IMG/VR virus record: IMGVR_UViG_2703718837_000002
DNA from: a virus
Taxonomy: Duplodnaviria > Heunggongvirae > Uroviricota > Caudoviricetes
Length of the DNA: 38,688 bases
Strand: one strand, 5' to 3'
In this document: one piece after another, positions 1 through 9,715 of the stretch
How the letters are laid out: each line of letters opens with the position of its first letter
Position numbering within the stretch: the stretch's first letter is position 1
The notes under the pieces: generated by a model
Database searches by the model: none
The model's input: the letters and a program-made list of their open reading frames with translations, nothing else
What the model was told of the DNA's origin: nothing
Position numbers and translations under genes: made by a program

Positions 1-292
1 AGCAATAAAGTAAAAGTATCCGGAAAGATAATAATCATGTGTTTTTATTTTTTTAGCTTAATTTGTATTTTTCGGAATTTTATTTATTAATGGGTGTTTT
101 TGGTGCAATAAAAAACCGCTCTGAAGGAGCGGTGAAGCGAATAGTCTAAAAATGAGATGCTATATGATTTTTTATCTATGCTACTTGTATCTTTTAGATA
201 ATAAAAGGTTTCTGTTCTTTTTTAAGAGTTTTAATGATTAGAGTGGGGTGGTTGATGTTTCTGTATGCATGAAGGGATAGTGTGTTATGCAT

Positions 293-321
293 AAAAAAAA
301 TCCCGCACTGATTTGGCGGGA
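293..321 (-). terminator. Intrinsic terminator-like hairpin, reads on the minus strand as stem TCCCGC/GCGGGA followed by T8
   Basis: A8 run 293-300 then inverted repeat 301-306/316-321; T-run lies on the minus-strand side. A weaker similar hairpin at 115-133. Confidence 0.35.
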
Positions 322-552
322 GAGCATGTATATAATAGGAGACTTGTACTTACATTATTTTATTAATGATAGAAGAAATATGCTCTGTTGTGAAGTGATA
401 GGGTTTGTTTACAGACTTTTATTCTTTTATTAGATGCCCGCAAGGGAAAATATGAAATTCTGTTCAGGGTATTAAGAGCATGGGAATCAAGGTCGACCGT
501 TTGAGAAGTTACTTTGCATACCATTACCTCCTGACAACGTAGGAGGGAACTT

Positions 553-882
553 GTGCTTGACACACAGGAATTAGCTCCAGTTGCTATTGCGCTCCTGCTT
601 TCAGTAATTGGTGGGATAGGCACGTTCCTGATGGATGTCCGAGATGGTCGCCAGTCTGGCAATTTGTTGGGATTGGTTACGGAGATCTTTGTTGCAGTGA
701 CAGCTGGCGCGGTGGCGTACCTATTGGGGCAACACGAGGGCTGGGAGTTATCAATTACGTACTTAATGGTAACGATAGCCAGCAATAACGGTCATGAGGT
801 GATTTCAGGGATGAAACGAGTGAATATCGATAGCATTCTGAATGTTCTTACAAGTTTGGTGAAAAAGGGAGGCGGGAAATGA
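553..882 (+). CDS. lydA: LydA-like holin (109 aa), first gene of the lyd-dar late operon
   Basis: GTG start preceded by AGGAGG at 541-546; three hydrophobic helices; 4-nt ATGA overlap with the next gene; position and size as in P1. Confidence 0.75.
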   Translation: MLDTQELAPVAIALLLSVIGGIGTFLMDVRDGRQSGNLLGLVTEIFVAVTAGAVAYLLGQHEGWELSITYLMVTIASNNGHEVISGMKRVNIDSILNVLTSLVKKGGGK

Positions 883-1322
883 TTGGCTGGGGTGTATGCG
901 CTCTTGCGTTAGCCTTAGCCGATCGCTATTTGCTAAAACGCAAGGACATCACGCATTTAGAACTTGGTGATGTGGAAATTAAACAGGGCTTCATCCGGGT
1001 GCCGTTCAAATACCGGTCTAAATTCCCGTTTTTGCGCGGCGCAACGGTCAGATATTGGATCCGGGATGTTCAGAAGCCGACGACAGTGATTGAAGGCGAA
1101 CAACGTTGTCTGACGTCGGCTGAACAGGGCGAAAACAGTGAATGGTTGTACATACCCACTGAATATATGGGTAAAGGAGAACGGCTGTGGCATTTCAACG
1201 TCATGGTTACGCATGGTGACTCGTTCATTAACCCGTTGTATCGGATTTTCCCTGTTACTCAGCAAATCCGCAGAAGTTACGTAATAAATCTCGCACAGGA
1301 TGTGTCAGATGACGAAAAATAA
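879..1322 (+). CDS. lydB: LydB-like antiholin (147 aa)
   Basis: Translationally coupled to lydA; size and position match P1 lydB. Confidence 0.7.
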   Translation: MIGWGVCALALALADRYLLKRKDITHLELGDVEIKQGFIRVPFKYRSKFPFLRGATVRYWIRDVQKPTTVIEGEQRCLTSAEQGENSEWLYIPTEYMGKGERLWHFNVMVTHGDSFINPLYRIFPVTQQIRRSYVINLAQDVSDDEK

Positions 1323-1911
1323 GTATGCAACGGTCGATTTTGACCAGGTTAATGAAAAGGGGCTGAAATCCCTTATCGCGGCGATCAATAAAACCGGTGT
1401 TACGGTAATTGAGGTTGACTCCAACAACCGCGCAACAACGAAAGATGGCGTTAAAGTTAAATCCGCAAAGCTGGTTCTTAACGACGGACAAATTCTTGCC
1501 ATACAGGTAAACGATACTGGCGATATATCGTCTGTGAGGCTGAATGGAAAAGCTATTCCTAACGCTCAGTCGCCGGATATCAAGACGCTTGGTACCGTCA
1601 TGGGGCAAGCGGCCCGCAAAAACTCCGCAAAATTCCAGAAATCACTGATCGCCAAAGCGAAGCGTGTTGCCAATCCGGTAGACAAGAAACCGGCAGTAAA
1701 ATCCAACTTTCAGCGCCTGCAAGAAGCAAAACAGCGGAATGCTCAGGTGGTTGCCGCTTATAAGTCCGCGCAGAATTCGGTGTCTTTCAATCAACAGCAG
1801 ATCACAGATTTGCGGGCGAAGTTGGATAAGGAGACGGGCCGACTCAATAACGAAAAGGCACGGAATGGCGAACTCAAACGCCGTCTTAAGCAACTGAAAG
1901 CAGGAAATTAA
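1300..1911 (+). CDS. hdf: Hdf-like protein (homolog of DarA fragment), about 200 aa
   Basis: Shares the KNSAKFQ motif, an LxDGQ-type segment and a following coiled-coil with the middle of the downstream DarA; alternative start at 1309. Confidence 0.6.
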   Translation: MCQMTKNKYATVDFDQVNEKGLKSLIAAINKTGVTVIEVDSNNRATTKDGVKVKSAKLVLNDGQILAIQVNDTGDISSVRLNGKAIPNAQSPDIKTLGTVMGQAARKNSAKFQKSLIAKAKRVANPVDKKPAVKSNFQRLQEAKQRNAQVVAAYKSAQNSVSFNQQQITDLRAKLDKETGRLNNEKARNGELKRRLKQLKAGN

Positions 1912-1912
1912 C

Positions 1913-3832
1913 ATGGAACAGTTCAATATCAATAAAGGGGTGACGATTAAGCCGGGGCTTGACGTGCTTCCCCCGCCGGTGACTGATGATGAATATCGCG
2001 CATTAATGGCTGGTGAGGACCGCTATCTGATGACGGAATCCAACACCCTGGAGGAAATCGAGGCTACGTTCTTCTATGACACGCCGATCCACTGGTGTGC
2101 TACGGATTTACTGGAGGCGATTAGTTCTACTCGTTTGCAGTTACACCGGATCATGCAGGCATTTGTCCGGGCATTGAACCAGAAGCTGAATGGTACCGGA
2201 ATCTCTGCGGGGAGTGATAAAACGGGCGATGTGGCCCAGAGCGGCGCGCGCGCGATCGGCGGCGCTGAAATTGGTCGGGCACGTAACGTTAACGGGCTGC
2301 CGGTCCTGCCAGCCATTATTCCGCTCAGTGATGGTCAGACTATCAGCATTCTGTTTCATAGCCCGACAGCGGAAAACCGGATCACTAATAGCGATACGCT
2401 GGTTGCTTTCCAGTTCTTACTGAATAAAAAAGACGTTACTCACACCGTTGCTCCGATGAGTGGACGTGATATGACGCTGGCGCAGGTCACCATGAAACTT
2501 GCCAACCTTGCAGAGAAAAACTCGGCAAAATTCCAGCGTGCGCAGAAGAAGAAAAAAGCCCTAGTTGATGAAATAACCCAACTACAGGCTGACAGTGACC
2601 AGAAAGAGGATGCCATGAGCGACCTCGCGGATCAGGTGGCAGCGGTAGAAGGCCAGAAGGCAGATCTGGAGCAGAAAATTAACGCGGTTGCTTCGGAAGC
2701 GGATTCTCTTTATCAAGAAAATGAGCGTTTGCAGGCGGAGATTGATCAGCTCAATCGCACTGGTGGGCGCGATACCATTGCTCCAGCGGGGATGACTGGT
2801 GGGCACTCTCGCGCGCTGACGGATCGCCTTGCCAGTATCAAAAATCGTATGCATATGGACGGGGAAACAACGCTCAGTAATGGTGCATCAATGAAGCAAT
2901 TCATTGGGGACGGCGAAGGGTATATCCAGTTAACCGATCCGGATGGCAGCGTGTACATGATCAAGGCTAAATCCATACAGGGTGTGGACATGGCAGATGC
3001 GATCGGCAAGCTGTTTAAAGCCTATAAAGCGGGTAATGTATCGGAATATCTGGTCCTGCCAGAAGAACATAAACCGGAAAACGTCGAACCTGAACCGGCG
3101 GAGGATACCGGTAGCTCTTCGCCTGAACCAGAAGTCTCTGTAGGTGCATATCGATATGCCCTGCAAATGCGTCCGGCGGCCCCTGGCGCGATACCTGAAG
3201 GTAACAAAGCAATTCTGCCGCGCCCTGATGAAGGTGACCCGTATTATGAATATGCACGCTACGGCATTGCTACTTACGATACCCCGCTTTCTGATCAGCA
3301 AATGAGTGAGTACGATCTGAAGTTATTGCCTCGCGAGGATTCTTTCGACTTTCTGGCGAAGACACTTACTAATGGTCCGTTTGGCAAATATGCACAAAAA
3401 GCTCTGGAGCTGGCCACCAGCTCACCAGACGAGTTCCGCGTAATGCTGAAGACTCAGTTTCAAAAAACTTTCCCCAATATTGCGTTTCCGGGTGGCGTTG
3501 GCACCGAGAAAATGGTGCAGAGCATGATCAATGCATTGCAGGCCGAAGTCGGTGAGATTACTCAGCCAGAACCGGCCCCGGCACAGCCTGATGAAACGGT
3601 TAGCGAGGCAGATGCAGAGGCTAATAAAGCCATTGAATATCTCAATAACGTGATGGATATGCAAAGCACTGACATGGCGGAGATCCGTAACGCCCGGGGT
3701 AATGTCCGGGAAGCGATTGCAGCCCTTCAGGCTGCCGGGCGTTTTGAGGAAAACGAAGAGCTGGTTAATGGCGCAGCTCGCCACCTGGCTGATCTGCTGG
3801 TAGCAATCCAGAAAGCGGGGGTAGCGGCATGA
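1913..3832 (+). CDS. darA: DarA, virion-packaged defence-against-restriction protein (639 aa)
   Basis: 639-aa ORF starting 2 nt after the hdf stop; coiled-coil Q/E-rich centre; size and operon context as in P1 darA. Confidence 0.8.
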   Translation: MEQFNINKGVTIKPGLDVLPPPVTDDEYRALMAGEDRYLMTESNTLEEIEATFFYDTPIHWCATDLLEAISSTRLQLHRIMQAFVRALNQKLNGTGISAGSDKTGDVAQSGARAIGGAEIGRARNVNGLPVLPAIIPLSDGQTISILFHSPTAENRITNSDTLVAFQFLLNKKDVTHTVAPMSGRDMTLAQVTMKLANLAEKNSAKFQRAQKKKKALVDEITQLQADSDQKEDAMSDLADQVAAVEGQKADLEQKINAVASEADSLYQENERLQAEIDQLNRTGGRDTIAPAGMTGGHSRALTDRLASIKNRMHMDGETTLSNGASMKQFIGDGEGYIQLTDPDGSVYMIKAKSIQGVDMADAIGKLFKAYKAGNVSEYLVLPEEHKPENVEPEPAEDTGSSSPEPEVSVGAYRYALQMRPAAPGAIPEGNKAILPRPDEGDPYYEYARYGIATYDTPLSDQQMSEYDLKLLPREDSFDFLAKTLTNGPFGKYAQKALELATSSPDEFRVMLKTQFQKTFPNIAFPGGVGTEKMVQSMINALQAEVGEITQPEPAPAQPDETVSEADAEANKAIEYLNNVMDMQSTDMAEIRNARGNVREAIAALQAAGRFEENEELVNGAARHLADLLVAIQKAGVAA

Positions 3833-4194
3833 CACTATCAGCTATTGAGTTAATGGACCTCAGCGATAAGTTGGATGCTCTGATGTCCAAAGCGGCTACC
3901 GCGAGTGGCATGGAGTTGCTGGATATCAGCGATGAAATTGACCAGATCATGCAACAGATGGGGTACGGCGCGTCCGGCGGCAGTAGTGGCGAGGAAAAAC
4001 AACCTTCGGTACATGATGGTGTGCCAAAACTGGTTGCTGATTTCCTAGCTGATAAATTCGTCGATCAGAGCACAGATGCATTTATCGGTACGTTACAGGA
4101 CTTGAGTCAATATGTTGGCACATACATCGACCTGGACCAGGTTAAACAGCACACGGCGGCATGGATAGCCGCCAATATTCAAGAGGCAGCATAA
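3829..4194 (+). CDS. ddrA: DdrA-like small protein (121 aa)
   Basis: ATGA overlap with the darA stop; assigned by size and position in the dar operon. Confidence 0.55.
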   Translation: MTLSAIELMDLSDKLDALMSKAATASGMELLDISDEIDQIMQQMGYGASGGSSGEEKQPSVHDGVPKLVADFLADKFVDQSTDAFIGTLQDLSQYVGTYIDLDQVKQHTAAWIAANIQEAA

Positions 4195-4206
4195 GGCGTA
4201 ACAGGG

Positions 4207-7194
4207 ATGAGCTTAAGCGATCAGGTGGTAATGGCCACCAGCATAGAAACGCTGATCGAGCTGCTAAAAAACCTGCCCGATTTCGGGCGGGTTTCGTATG
4301 TGGTGACAGCGAAGGGTGACGAGGTAAAAACAGCGTTTGATATCGTCGATGCCTCGGCTCTTTTGGTATCCAATACTCTGGACGGGAAAATTAACCCTGA
4401 CTATCCCCAGGAACTTCAGCCGCGCGACCGGACCCGCGCATCCAGCCTTCTTCAGGTTAACCAGATATCCAAGGATTTGCGGCCAGCTCAGCTTACCGAT
4501 TCCGGTTTATCCAGCCATGGCGCGCCGATAATTGGCGAGGACAATGCCGTTGAGTCAGGTAATGGGCGGACCATGGGGATCATTAAAGCCTATCAGGACG
4601 GTAATGCGGATCGGTATCGGGAGTACCTGATTGAACATGCGACCGAATTCGGCATACGGCCTGAAAAGGTTGAATCAATGACGGCTCCGGTACTGGTGCG
4701 CCGCCGGTTAACTAAGGTTGACCGCGTTCAGTTTGCCAAGGACTCAAATATTTCTGATCTTCAGGAAATGGCAGCCAGTGAAAAGGCTTTTGTTGATGCC
4801 GACAGCATAACACCGGCGATGATGGCGTTGTTTAACCCGTCAGAAAGCGGAGATCTGCTTAGCCGCAGTAATGACGCGTTTATTCGCGGATTCATGACGC
4901 AAGTTGGTGCCACACAGGCTGCTGGCCTTGTAACGGAAGATGGGCGACCAACACGGCAACTTGTAGACCGTATACAAAACGCGATCTTTGCCAAGGCATA
5001 TAAGGATGCGCGCCTGGTAAGGATGGTTGCAGAAGAACCTGATCCGGATATGCGTAATGTTCTGACGGCGCTTAATGCGGCGGCCAATGATTTTGTCCAG
5101 ATGCAGGCTTTATCAGGAGAAGCGCACAAGCAGGCTGTGACAACTATCGTTGATGGTATTGAAACAGCGGATAGCCTCGATAAAAAGGCGCTGGCGGCAT
5201 TGAAAGATGCGGTAGACCTGGTAAGGCAATCGAAGGAGTCAGGCCAACATATTACCGATGTTATTGCTCAGGGGGATATGTTCAGCGAAACAGCCCCGGA
5301 AGTGAAAGCTCTCGCGTTGTTCATCGTCGCGAATAACCGTAGCGCGAAGCGTATGGCCACCGCCTTTAAATTGATGGCTCAACGTATCAATGATGAGTTA
5401 CAGCACCAGGGCCAGGCGCTCGGGGATATGTTTGGCGGCGGCGATGTGTCGTTACAGGATATCCTTCGCCAGGTATCTCAGGAACTGGAAAACGAAGGTA
5501 TGCAAGGGATATCTGGCGGTCTTTTCGAGTCAGCTTCCGGCGGTAGTTACAACGGTGTTGCTCCATATACCAGCTTGCTATTACATCGGGCATCCGGCAT
5601 CAAAGACATTATTCATCTGATCAGGCTGCTATCCCGTACAGATCCCCAGGATGAACAGCTTGTTCAAGTGCTTGCGCATTTTGTTCGAATGCCTGTTGCC
5701 GACGTGAAAAAATGGTGCCGATTATTCGGTATCAGCAATTCGTTACTTCGCGGCTTGTTAAATCACGCATCCTCCCTTGGGCGCGATGGCTTTGACGAGA
5801 TAGCGCAGGCTATAAAAAACGGAGATATGCCACCAGCTATTGACTGGTTTTCCATTCGCCCAACCAGGGTGAAAGCATTCCTTAGCGCGGCGCATTCGGC
5901 ATCACCATTGGCAGAAATGGTTCAGAGGTTGTCGCTCATATTCACAGACCATACCGCGTTGGGTGATCTGACTCTGGACGAGATGAAAGAAGCCTCCATT
6001 CAGTGGTCCGATCAACAAAATGAGGTTAACTCTGACTTCTTGCCAGCATTCAGGAAGGCCGTTAGTAAAGCGGATGATGCCCGTGGAATTCTGAAGGCAT
6101 TTAAGGCATTGCAAAGTCGGGTTAATAAACATGTCGGTGATATCGATGGGGTAACGGCGGAAGGCAGGGATATCCTTAAAGAGCACGGCATAACGCCAGA
6201 GTTTATTGATGAGATCAGGACGGATATGCAGCGTGAGGTCGTATCGTCCCTGCAAATTGTAGCCAGAGCGTTGGCGGATGCTAATCCGAAGAGTGCGGCC
6301 ATTGTTAACCGGGTTATTGGTGATATTGAAGCATCGGAGGGCATGGGGGCGCTGAAACTCTTCCTTTCGCGAGCGTTTAATCCTAACGGCAATATTCTCC
6401 CTGGCATTATTGGTGAGGCTAAAAGGTATGTCAGTGAAGAAGAACTTGAGCAGCTTGACCAACTACTTAAGCGATTCTCATATAACCCGCAGACACGCTG
6501 GCAAATGAATCAGCGAAGTATGGGTTCGGTTCACGAGAAAGTGTTATCTGCCATGAACAGTGCGATCGCAAACTCATCCGTATCTGAAGAAAAAGCTCTT
6601 GAGTGGGCCGACTCTTTTATCACGGAAGAAGTGGAAGAAGCCCGCGCTGGACAGAATGGTGGGATAGACCTGCGCAAGGAACTTGCTGATATTTATCGCC
6701 TGACCGGCGGTAAAATTTCGACCTTATCAAAGGTGGTTCACCACCAGGGAAGGGCATATGCAAATCTTAATGGTGTTGTTGCTGTCAATTTGAACGATGA
6801 AAATGCAAGTGCACTGTGGCACGAGCTGGGTCATCATCTTGAGTACAGTAACCCTGGTTTGTTAGAGAAAGCCCGGTCATTCCTGAAGGCCAATGTTGAA
6901 GGGGATAAGCCATCTTTCGTCAATATCGGTGGGCGTGGCAAGCCTGAATGGTGCTTCAGATCTCGATTGAGTAATATTTATATGGCGAAGGTATACCCGC
7001 CAGCCTCAGTAAGTAACACCGGGAAAATTCGGCAGAAATCACCGACTATTTCCAAAACGTCAGCAACGGAAGTATTCTCTATGGCTCTTCAGTTGTATCA
7101 TGACAAAGAGGCCGCTGCCGCATCACTGATGAATGGTGACGGATTGCTGGAACTGTTATTAGGTGTGGCAAAGGAGCTAAATAATGCAGATTAA
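4207..7194 (+). CDS. ddrB: DdrB-like large protein (995 aa); carries a C-terminal HELGH (HExxH) motif
   Basis: Long ORF in the dar operon; HELGH encoded at 6820-6834; assigned by size and position. Confidence 0.6.
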   Translation: MSLSDQVVMATSIETLIELLKNLPDFGRVSYVVTAKGDEVKTAFDIVDASALLVSNTLDGKINPDYPQELQPRDRTRASSLLQVNQISKDLRPAQLTDSGLSSHGAPIIGEDNAVESGNGRTMGIIKAYQDGNADRYREYLIEHATEFGIRPEKVESMTAPVLVRRRLTKVDRVQFAKDSNISDLQEMAASEKAFVDADSITPAMMALFNPSESGDLLSRSNDAFIRGFMTQVGATQAAGLVTEDGRPTRQLVDRIQNAIFAKAYKDARLVRMVAEEPDPDMRNVLTALNAAANDFVQMQALSGEAHKQAVTTIVDGIETADSLDKKALAALKDAVDLVRQSKESGQHITDVIAQGDMFSETAPEVKALALFIVANNRSAKRMATAFKLMAQRINDELQHQGQALGDMFGGGDVSLQDILRQVSQELENEGMQGISGGLFESASGGSYNGVAPYTSLLLHRASGIKDIIHLIRLLSRTDPQDEQLVQVLAHFVRMPVADVKKWCRLFGISNSLLRGLLNHASSLGRDGFDEIAQAIKNGDMPPAIDWFSIRPTRVKAFLSAAHSASPLAEMVQRLSLIFTDHTALGDLTLDEMKEASIQWSDQQNEVNSDFLPAFRKAVSKADDARGILKAFKALQSRVNKHVGDIDGVTAEGRDILKEHGITPEFIDEIRTDMQREVVSSLQIVARALADANPKSAAIVNRVIGDIEASEGMGALKLFLSRAFNPNGNILPGIIGEAKRYVSEEELEQLDQLLKRFSYNPQTRWQMNQRSMGSVHEKVLSAMNSAIANSSVSEEKALEWADSFITEEVEEARAGQNGGIDLRKELADIYRLTGGKISTLSKVVHHQGRAYANLNGVVAVNLNDENASALWHELGHHLEYSNPGLLEKARSFLKANVEGDKPSFVNIGGRGKPEWCFRSRLSNIYMAKVYPPASVSNTGKIRQKSPTISKTSATEVFSMALQLYHDKEAAAASLMNGDGLLELLLGVAKELNNAD

Positions 7195-7492
7195 AATCGC
7201 AGCGCCATTAGGTGGAGATGCCATTATCGAATTTGATGATAATGAAGAAGTTTCCGGGCGTTTAAGCATTATCTCCGGTGACATTACCGAGGACATGATC
7301 GCTGAAGCCATAGCTGGGGCAAATCCCAATAGCTATATGGGATTCGTTAACACCCTTGATGCTCCCGCAAGTGATGTTCTCCGAACGCTGCATCTTTACG
7401 CTGGCTGGTTTGTTGATTGGCCAGCAGTAGATGGTGGCGATGAGGACGACGACGATGATTTTGGTGATCATGTAGACCAGATCGTATATTGA
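7184..7492 (+). CDS. Small acidic protein (102 aa) at the end of the dar operon (P1 hxr position)
   Basis: Overlaps the ddrB end by 11 nt; D/E-rich C-terminus (DGGDEDDDDDFGD); followed directly by a terminator. Confidence 0.5.
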   Translation: MQIKIAAPLGGDAIIEFDDNEEVSGRLSIISGDITEDMIAEAIAGANPNSYMGFVNTLDAPASDVLRTLHLYAGWFVDWPAVDGGDEDDDDDFGDHVDQIVY

Positions 7493-7496
7493 AGAA

Positions 7497-7523
7497 ATCC
7501 CGCCAATCGGCGGGATTTTTTTT
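7497..7523. terminator. Intrinsic terminator between convergent operons
   Basis: Stem ATCCCGCC/GGCGGGAT with 4-nt loop followed by T8 (7516-7523); sits between the + strand dar operon and the minus-strand ssb operon. Confidence 0.7.
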
Positions 7524-8304
7524 AATCGCTTTCCACTTCTTCCGTGGTGTTTTCTTGCAGTTCTGTTAATGCAGCACGACATAGGTTCCGGGCATTGGCT
7601 ATAGCCACACTTTTGACTTCATCCGTCATCGTGCAGGTAATGTACTGATCGAGTTCTTCAGCGCGGATGATGCTTTTGCCAATCAGAAACTGTATTTGCC
7701 ATAGCAGATCGGCATCCATAATCAGAATTTCTGCCGGGCCTTCAGGGCCAGCCGGGAAGGAAACATAAGACTGTTTGCCCAGGCCGACAACTCGACAACT
7801 TGCTTCAAGAATTGCGCGCTTGAGGTCTGACTTTATAACGGAAACAGGTTGATTTTCACCAGTGATTACGCCGTTGACATGGAAAGGCATGTAGCTTGAA
7901 ATACGCTCCACTTTCCACACGCCAGCAAGCGATCCTTCATGCAGCACAATGGGGGTAACCGCGAGTTTCATCTCACCATATAACTGCTGGCAGATAGCTG
8001 GATTGCTGAATACATCTAAAGGCTCACATTCAAACAGCGGCGCAATCTGCATGAGGTCCATCATGGTCATCCCTGGGGTACGAGCAGTAATGAATTTGCG
8101 CATACCAGTATCCATTGCGCTCCAGATTGCTACACCATGCTTTTTGCTCACTTCTTCAGTAAAGCCAAGGTGGCACATGATGGTTTTTTCGATAGCCAGA
8201 GCAGAGATAGAAACCTTTTCGCCAGGTACTCCATCATTATTGATGGTCACTTCGACACTCTGGCCATTACGCAGGCGGTATTGAATTGCTTTAGTATTTT
8301 CCAC
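7522..8304 (-). CDS. Hypothetical protein (260 aa), last gene of the ssb operon
   Basis: Clean ORF, 6-nt gap to the upstream gene; no motif I can assign; acidic C-terminal tail. Confidence 0.55.
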   Translation of the reverse strand: MENTKAIQYRLRNGQSVEVTINNDGVPGEKVSISALAIEKTIMCHLGFTEEVSKKHGVAIWSAMDTGMRKFITARTPGMTMMDLMQIAPLFECEPLDVFSNPAICQQLYGEMKLAVTPIVLHEGSLAGVWKVERISSYMPFHVNGVITGENQPVSVIKSDLKRAILEASCRVVGLGKQSYVSFPAGPEGPAEILIMDADLLWQIQFLIGKSIIRAEELDQYITCTMTDEVKSVAIANARNLCRAALTELQENTTEEVESD

Positions 8305-8310
8305 GTTAAA

Positions 8311-8988
8311 TCACTCCACTACAAACCAGTCACATGCCAGTAAGTCGCCTACAGAAGGAACCCACGGAACAACTACACCTTGTGCATTTTTTAAGGCGAA
8401 ATAAGCACCATACGGAACGAGGTCGCCGGGGAAATATCCCTTAATGGCTTCCATTCGTGCCGGGTACTGTCCTTCAGGAACCAGCCAGCAGAATTGGTTT
8501 TCGCCGTTCCACCCGCGTCGAGCAACTTTCTTGCCATCCTTCAGCCACATCAGCGCGTCAGAAAAGTCGGCTGCTTCAAGGTCGATTTCTTCTTGTAGAG
8601 TAGCGATACCGCCAGCAGAAATAGTTACGTCCCTGGCTGTAATGAATGTCACCCCATTGTGACCTTCAATGCTGAGCGATACCCCATTTTCGAAGAAGTC
8701 GTTAGTCCGACTAAAGCCTTCTTCAAATGTTTTTTCTGGTGAATAGGACAGAGATCCGTCCTCATAAGCGACCAGATATCCGCCAATTTCTGGTCGGTGT
8801 TTTTGCAAAAACATTTTATCAACATGGACTTTTACCCCTTCTGGCTCAACGACTTCGATGTTGCAAAGAAGGACCACATCCATTAGGGCGATAATTTCGA
8901 TATCTTTGATTTTTGAGGCACGAACTGTTTTATGGCTTTTGTATTTTGGAAGTGCCGTCAAAAGCTCTTTCGTTGTCATGTTATTCAT
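8311..8988 (-). CDS. Two-domain protein (225 aa): unknown N-terminal domain plus C-terminal DUF2829/Tad2-like domain
   Basis: C-terminal about 85 aa contains FSDALMWLKDGKKVARRGWNGENQFCWLV ... PWVPSVGDLLACDWFVV, which matches my recollection of the DUF2829 consensus; not verified by HMM. Confidence 0.55.
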   Translation of the reverse strand: MNNMTTKELLTALPKYKSHKTVRASKIKDIEIIALMDVVLLCNIEVVEPEGVKVHVDKMFLQKHRPEIGGYLVAYEDGSLSYSPEKTFEEGFSRTNDFFENGVSLSIEGHNGVTFITARDVTISAGGIATLQEEIDLEAADFSDALMWLKDGKKVARRGWNGENQFCWLVPEGQYPARMEAIKGYFPGDLVPYGAYFALKNAQGVVVPWVPSVGDLLACDWFVVE

Positions 8989-9002
8989 AGTCTTTCCTCT
9001 GC

Positions 9003-9185
9003 TTAAAACCTGATGTATTGCGCCTTCAGGTGGGTCAGGAATGTTTTCCCACCAGCGAAAGCAATATCTCGGGGTGTTCTATTCGTTAAAAGCGCGTGCC
9101 ATTGCCAACTTTGGCGTTTTTTAGCGAGTTCGTGCTTTTGTTGGCGTCTGGACCACCGCTTTTCTTTCAGTCGTTTTTTACTCAT
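9003..9185 (-). CDS. Small basic ORF (60 aa) between ssb and the 225-aa gene
   Basis: Fills the gap between ssb and the 225-aa gene with 5-nt and 14-nt spacers; K/R-rich; coding status uncertain. Confidence 0.3.
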   Translation of the reverse strand: MSKKRLKEKRWSRRQQKHELAKKRQSWQWHALLTNRTPRDIAFAGGKTFLTHLKAQYIRF

Positions 9186-9190
9186 AAACT

Positions 9191-9679
9191 CTAAAACGGA
9201 ATATCGTCGTCAAAGTCCATTGGAGGTTCGTTATTGGCGTTGCTCTGAGGTTTGCCGCCACCGCTGTATTGCTGGTGGTTTTGAGGTTGGTTTGATTGCC
9301 CCCAGCCATTTGAGGACTGTGAATCGTCACGGCGAGCGCCGATCATTTGCATGGTGCCGCCCTGGCTGACGATAATTTCCGTCGTGTAACGTTCTACACC
9401 GGCGTCATCTGTCCACTTACGGGTTTTAAGTTTCCCTTCGATGTAGACCTGAGAACCTTTTCGTAAATACTCACTCGCAATTTCAGCAAGTTTTCCGAAC
9501 AAAACGACTTTATGCCATTCTGTTTGCTCTTTCTGTTGGCCCGTTTGCTTGTCGCGCCATGATTCATTCGTTGCGATGCTGAGTCCTCCGACCGCTCCGC
9601 CATTTGGTATATACCTGATCTCCGGGTCTTGCCCCAGGGTACCAATCAGGATGACTTTGTTTACACCGCGTTGTGCCAC
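9191..9679 (-). CDS. ssb: Single-stranded DNA-binding protein (162 aa)
   Basis: N-terminal OB-fold signature [23 protein letters not shown], Gly/Gln-rich linker and acidic tail DFDDDIPF. Confidence 0.92.
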   Translation of the reverse strand: MAQRGVNKVILIGTLGQDPEIRYIPNGGAVGGLSIATNESWRDKQTGQQKEQTEWHKVVLFGKLAEIASEYLRKGSQVYIEGKLKTRKWTDDAGVERYTTEIIVSQGGTMQMIGARRDDSQSSNGWGQSNQPQNHQQYSGGGKPQSNANNEPPMDFDDDIPF

Positions 9680-9698
9680 TTATCTTACCTAATAAAAT

Positions 9699-9715
9699 AA
9701 ATTAATTAGAGCAAT
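9699..9715 (-). promoter_or_regulatory. C1 operator-like site upstream of ssb
   Basis: AAATTAATTAGAGCAAT, one mismatch to the reverse complement of ATTGCTCTAATAAATTT. Confidence 0.5.

Noticed and set aside
1-552. cin invertase or cix crossover sites upstream of lydA
   Set aside because: No ORF of 60 aa or more and no recognisable cix-like repeat in this interval; the region is AT-rich leader and terminator sequence only.
363-785. 140-aa minus-strand ORF overlapping the lydA start
   Set aside because: Antisense to a well-supported holin gene with a strong RBS, with no RBS or context of its own; treated as a shadow ORF.
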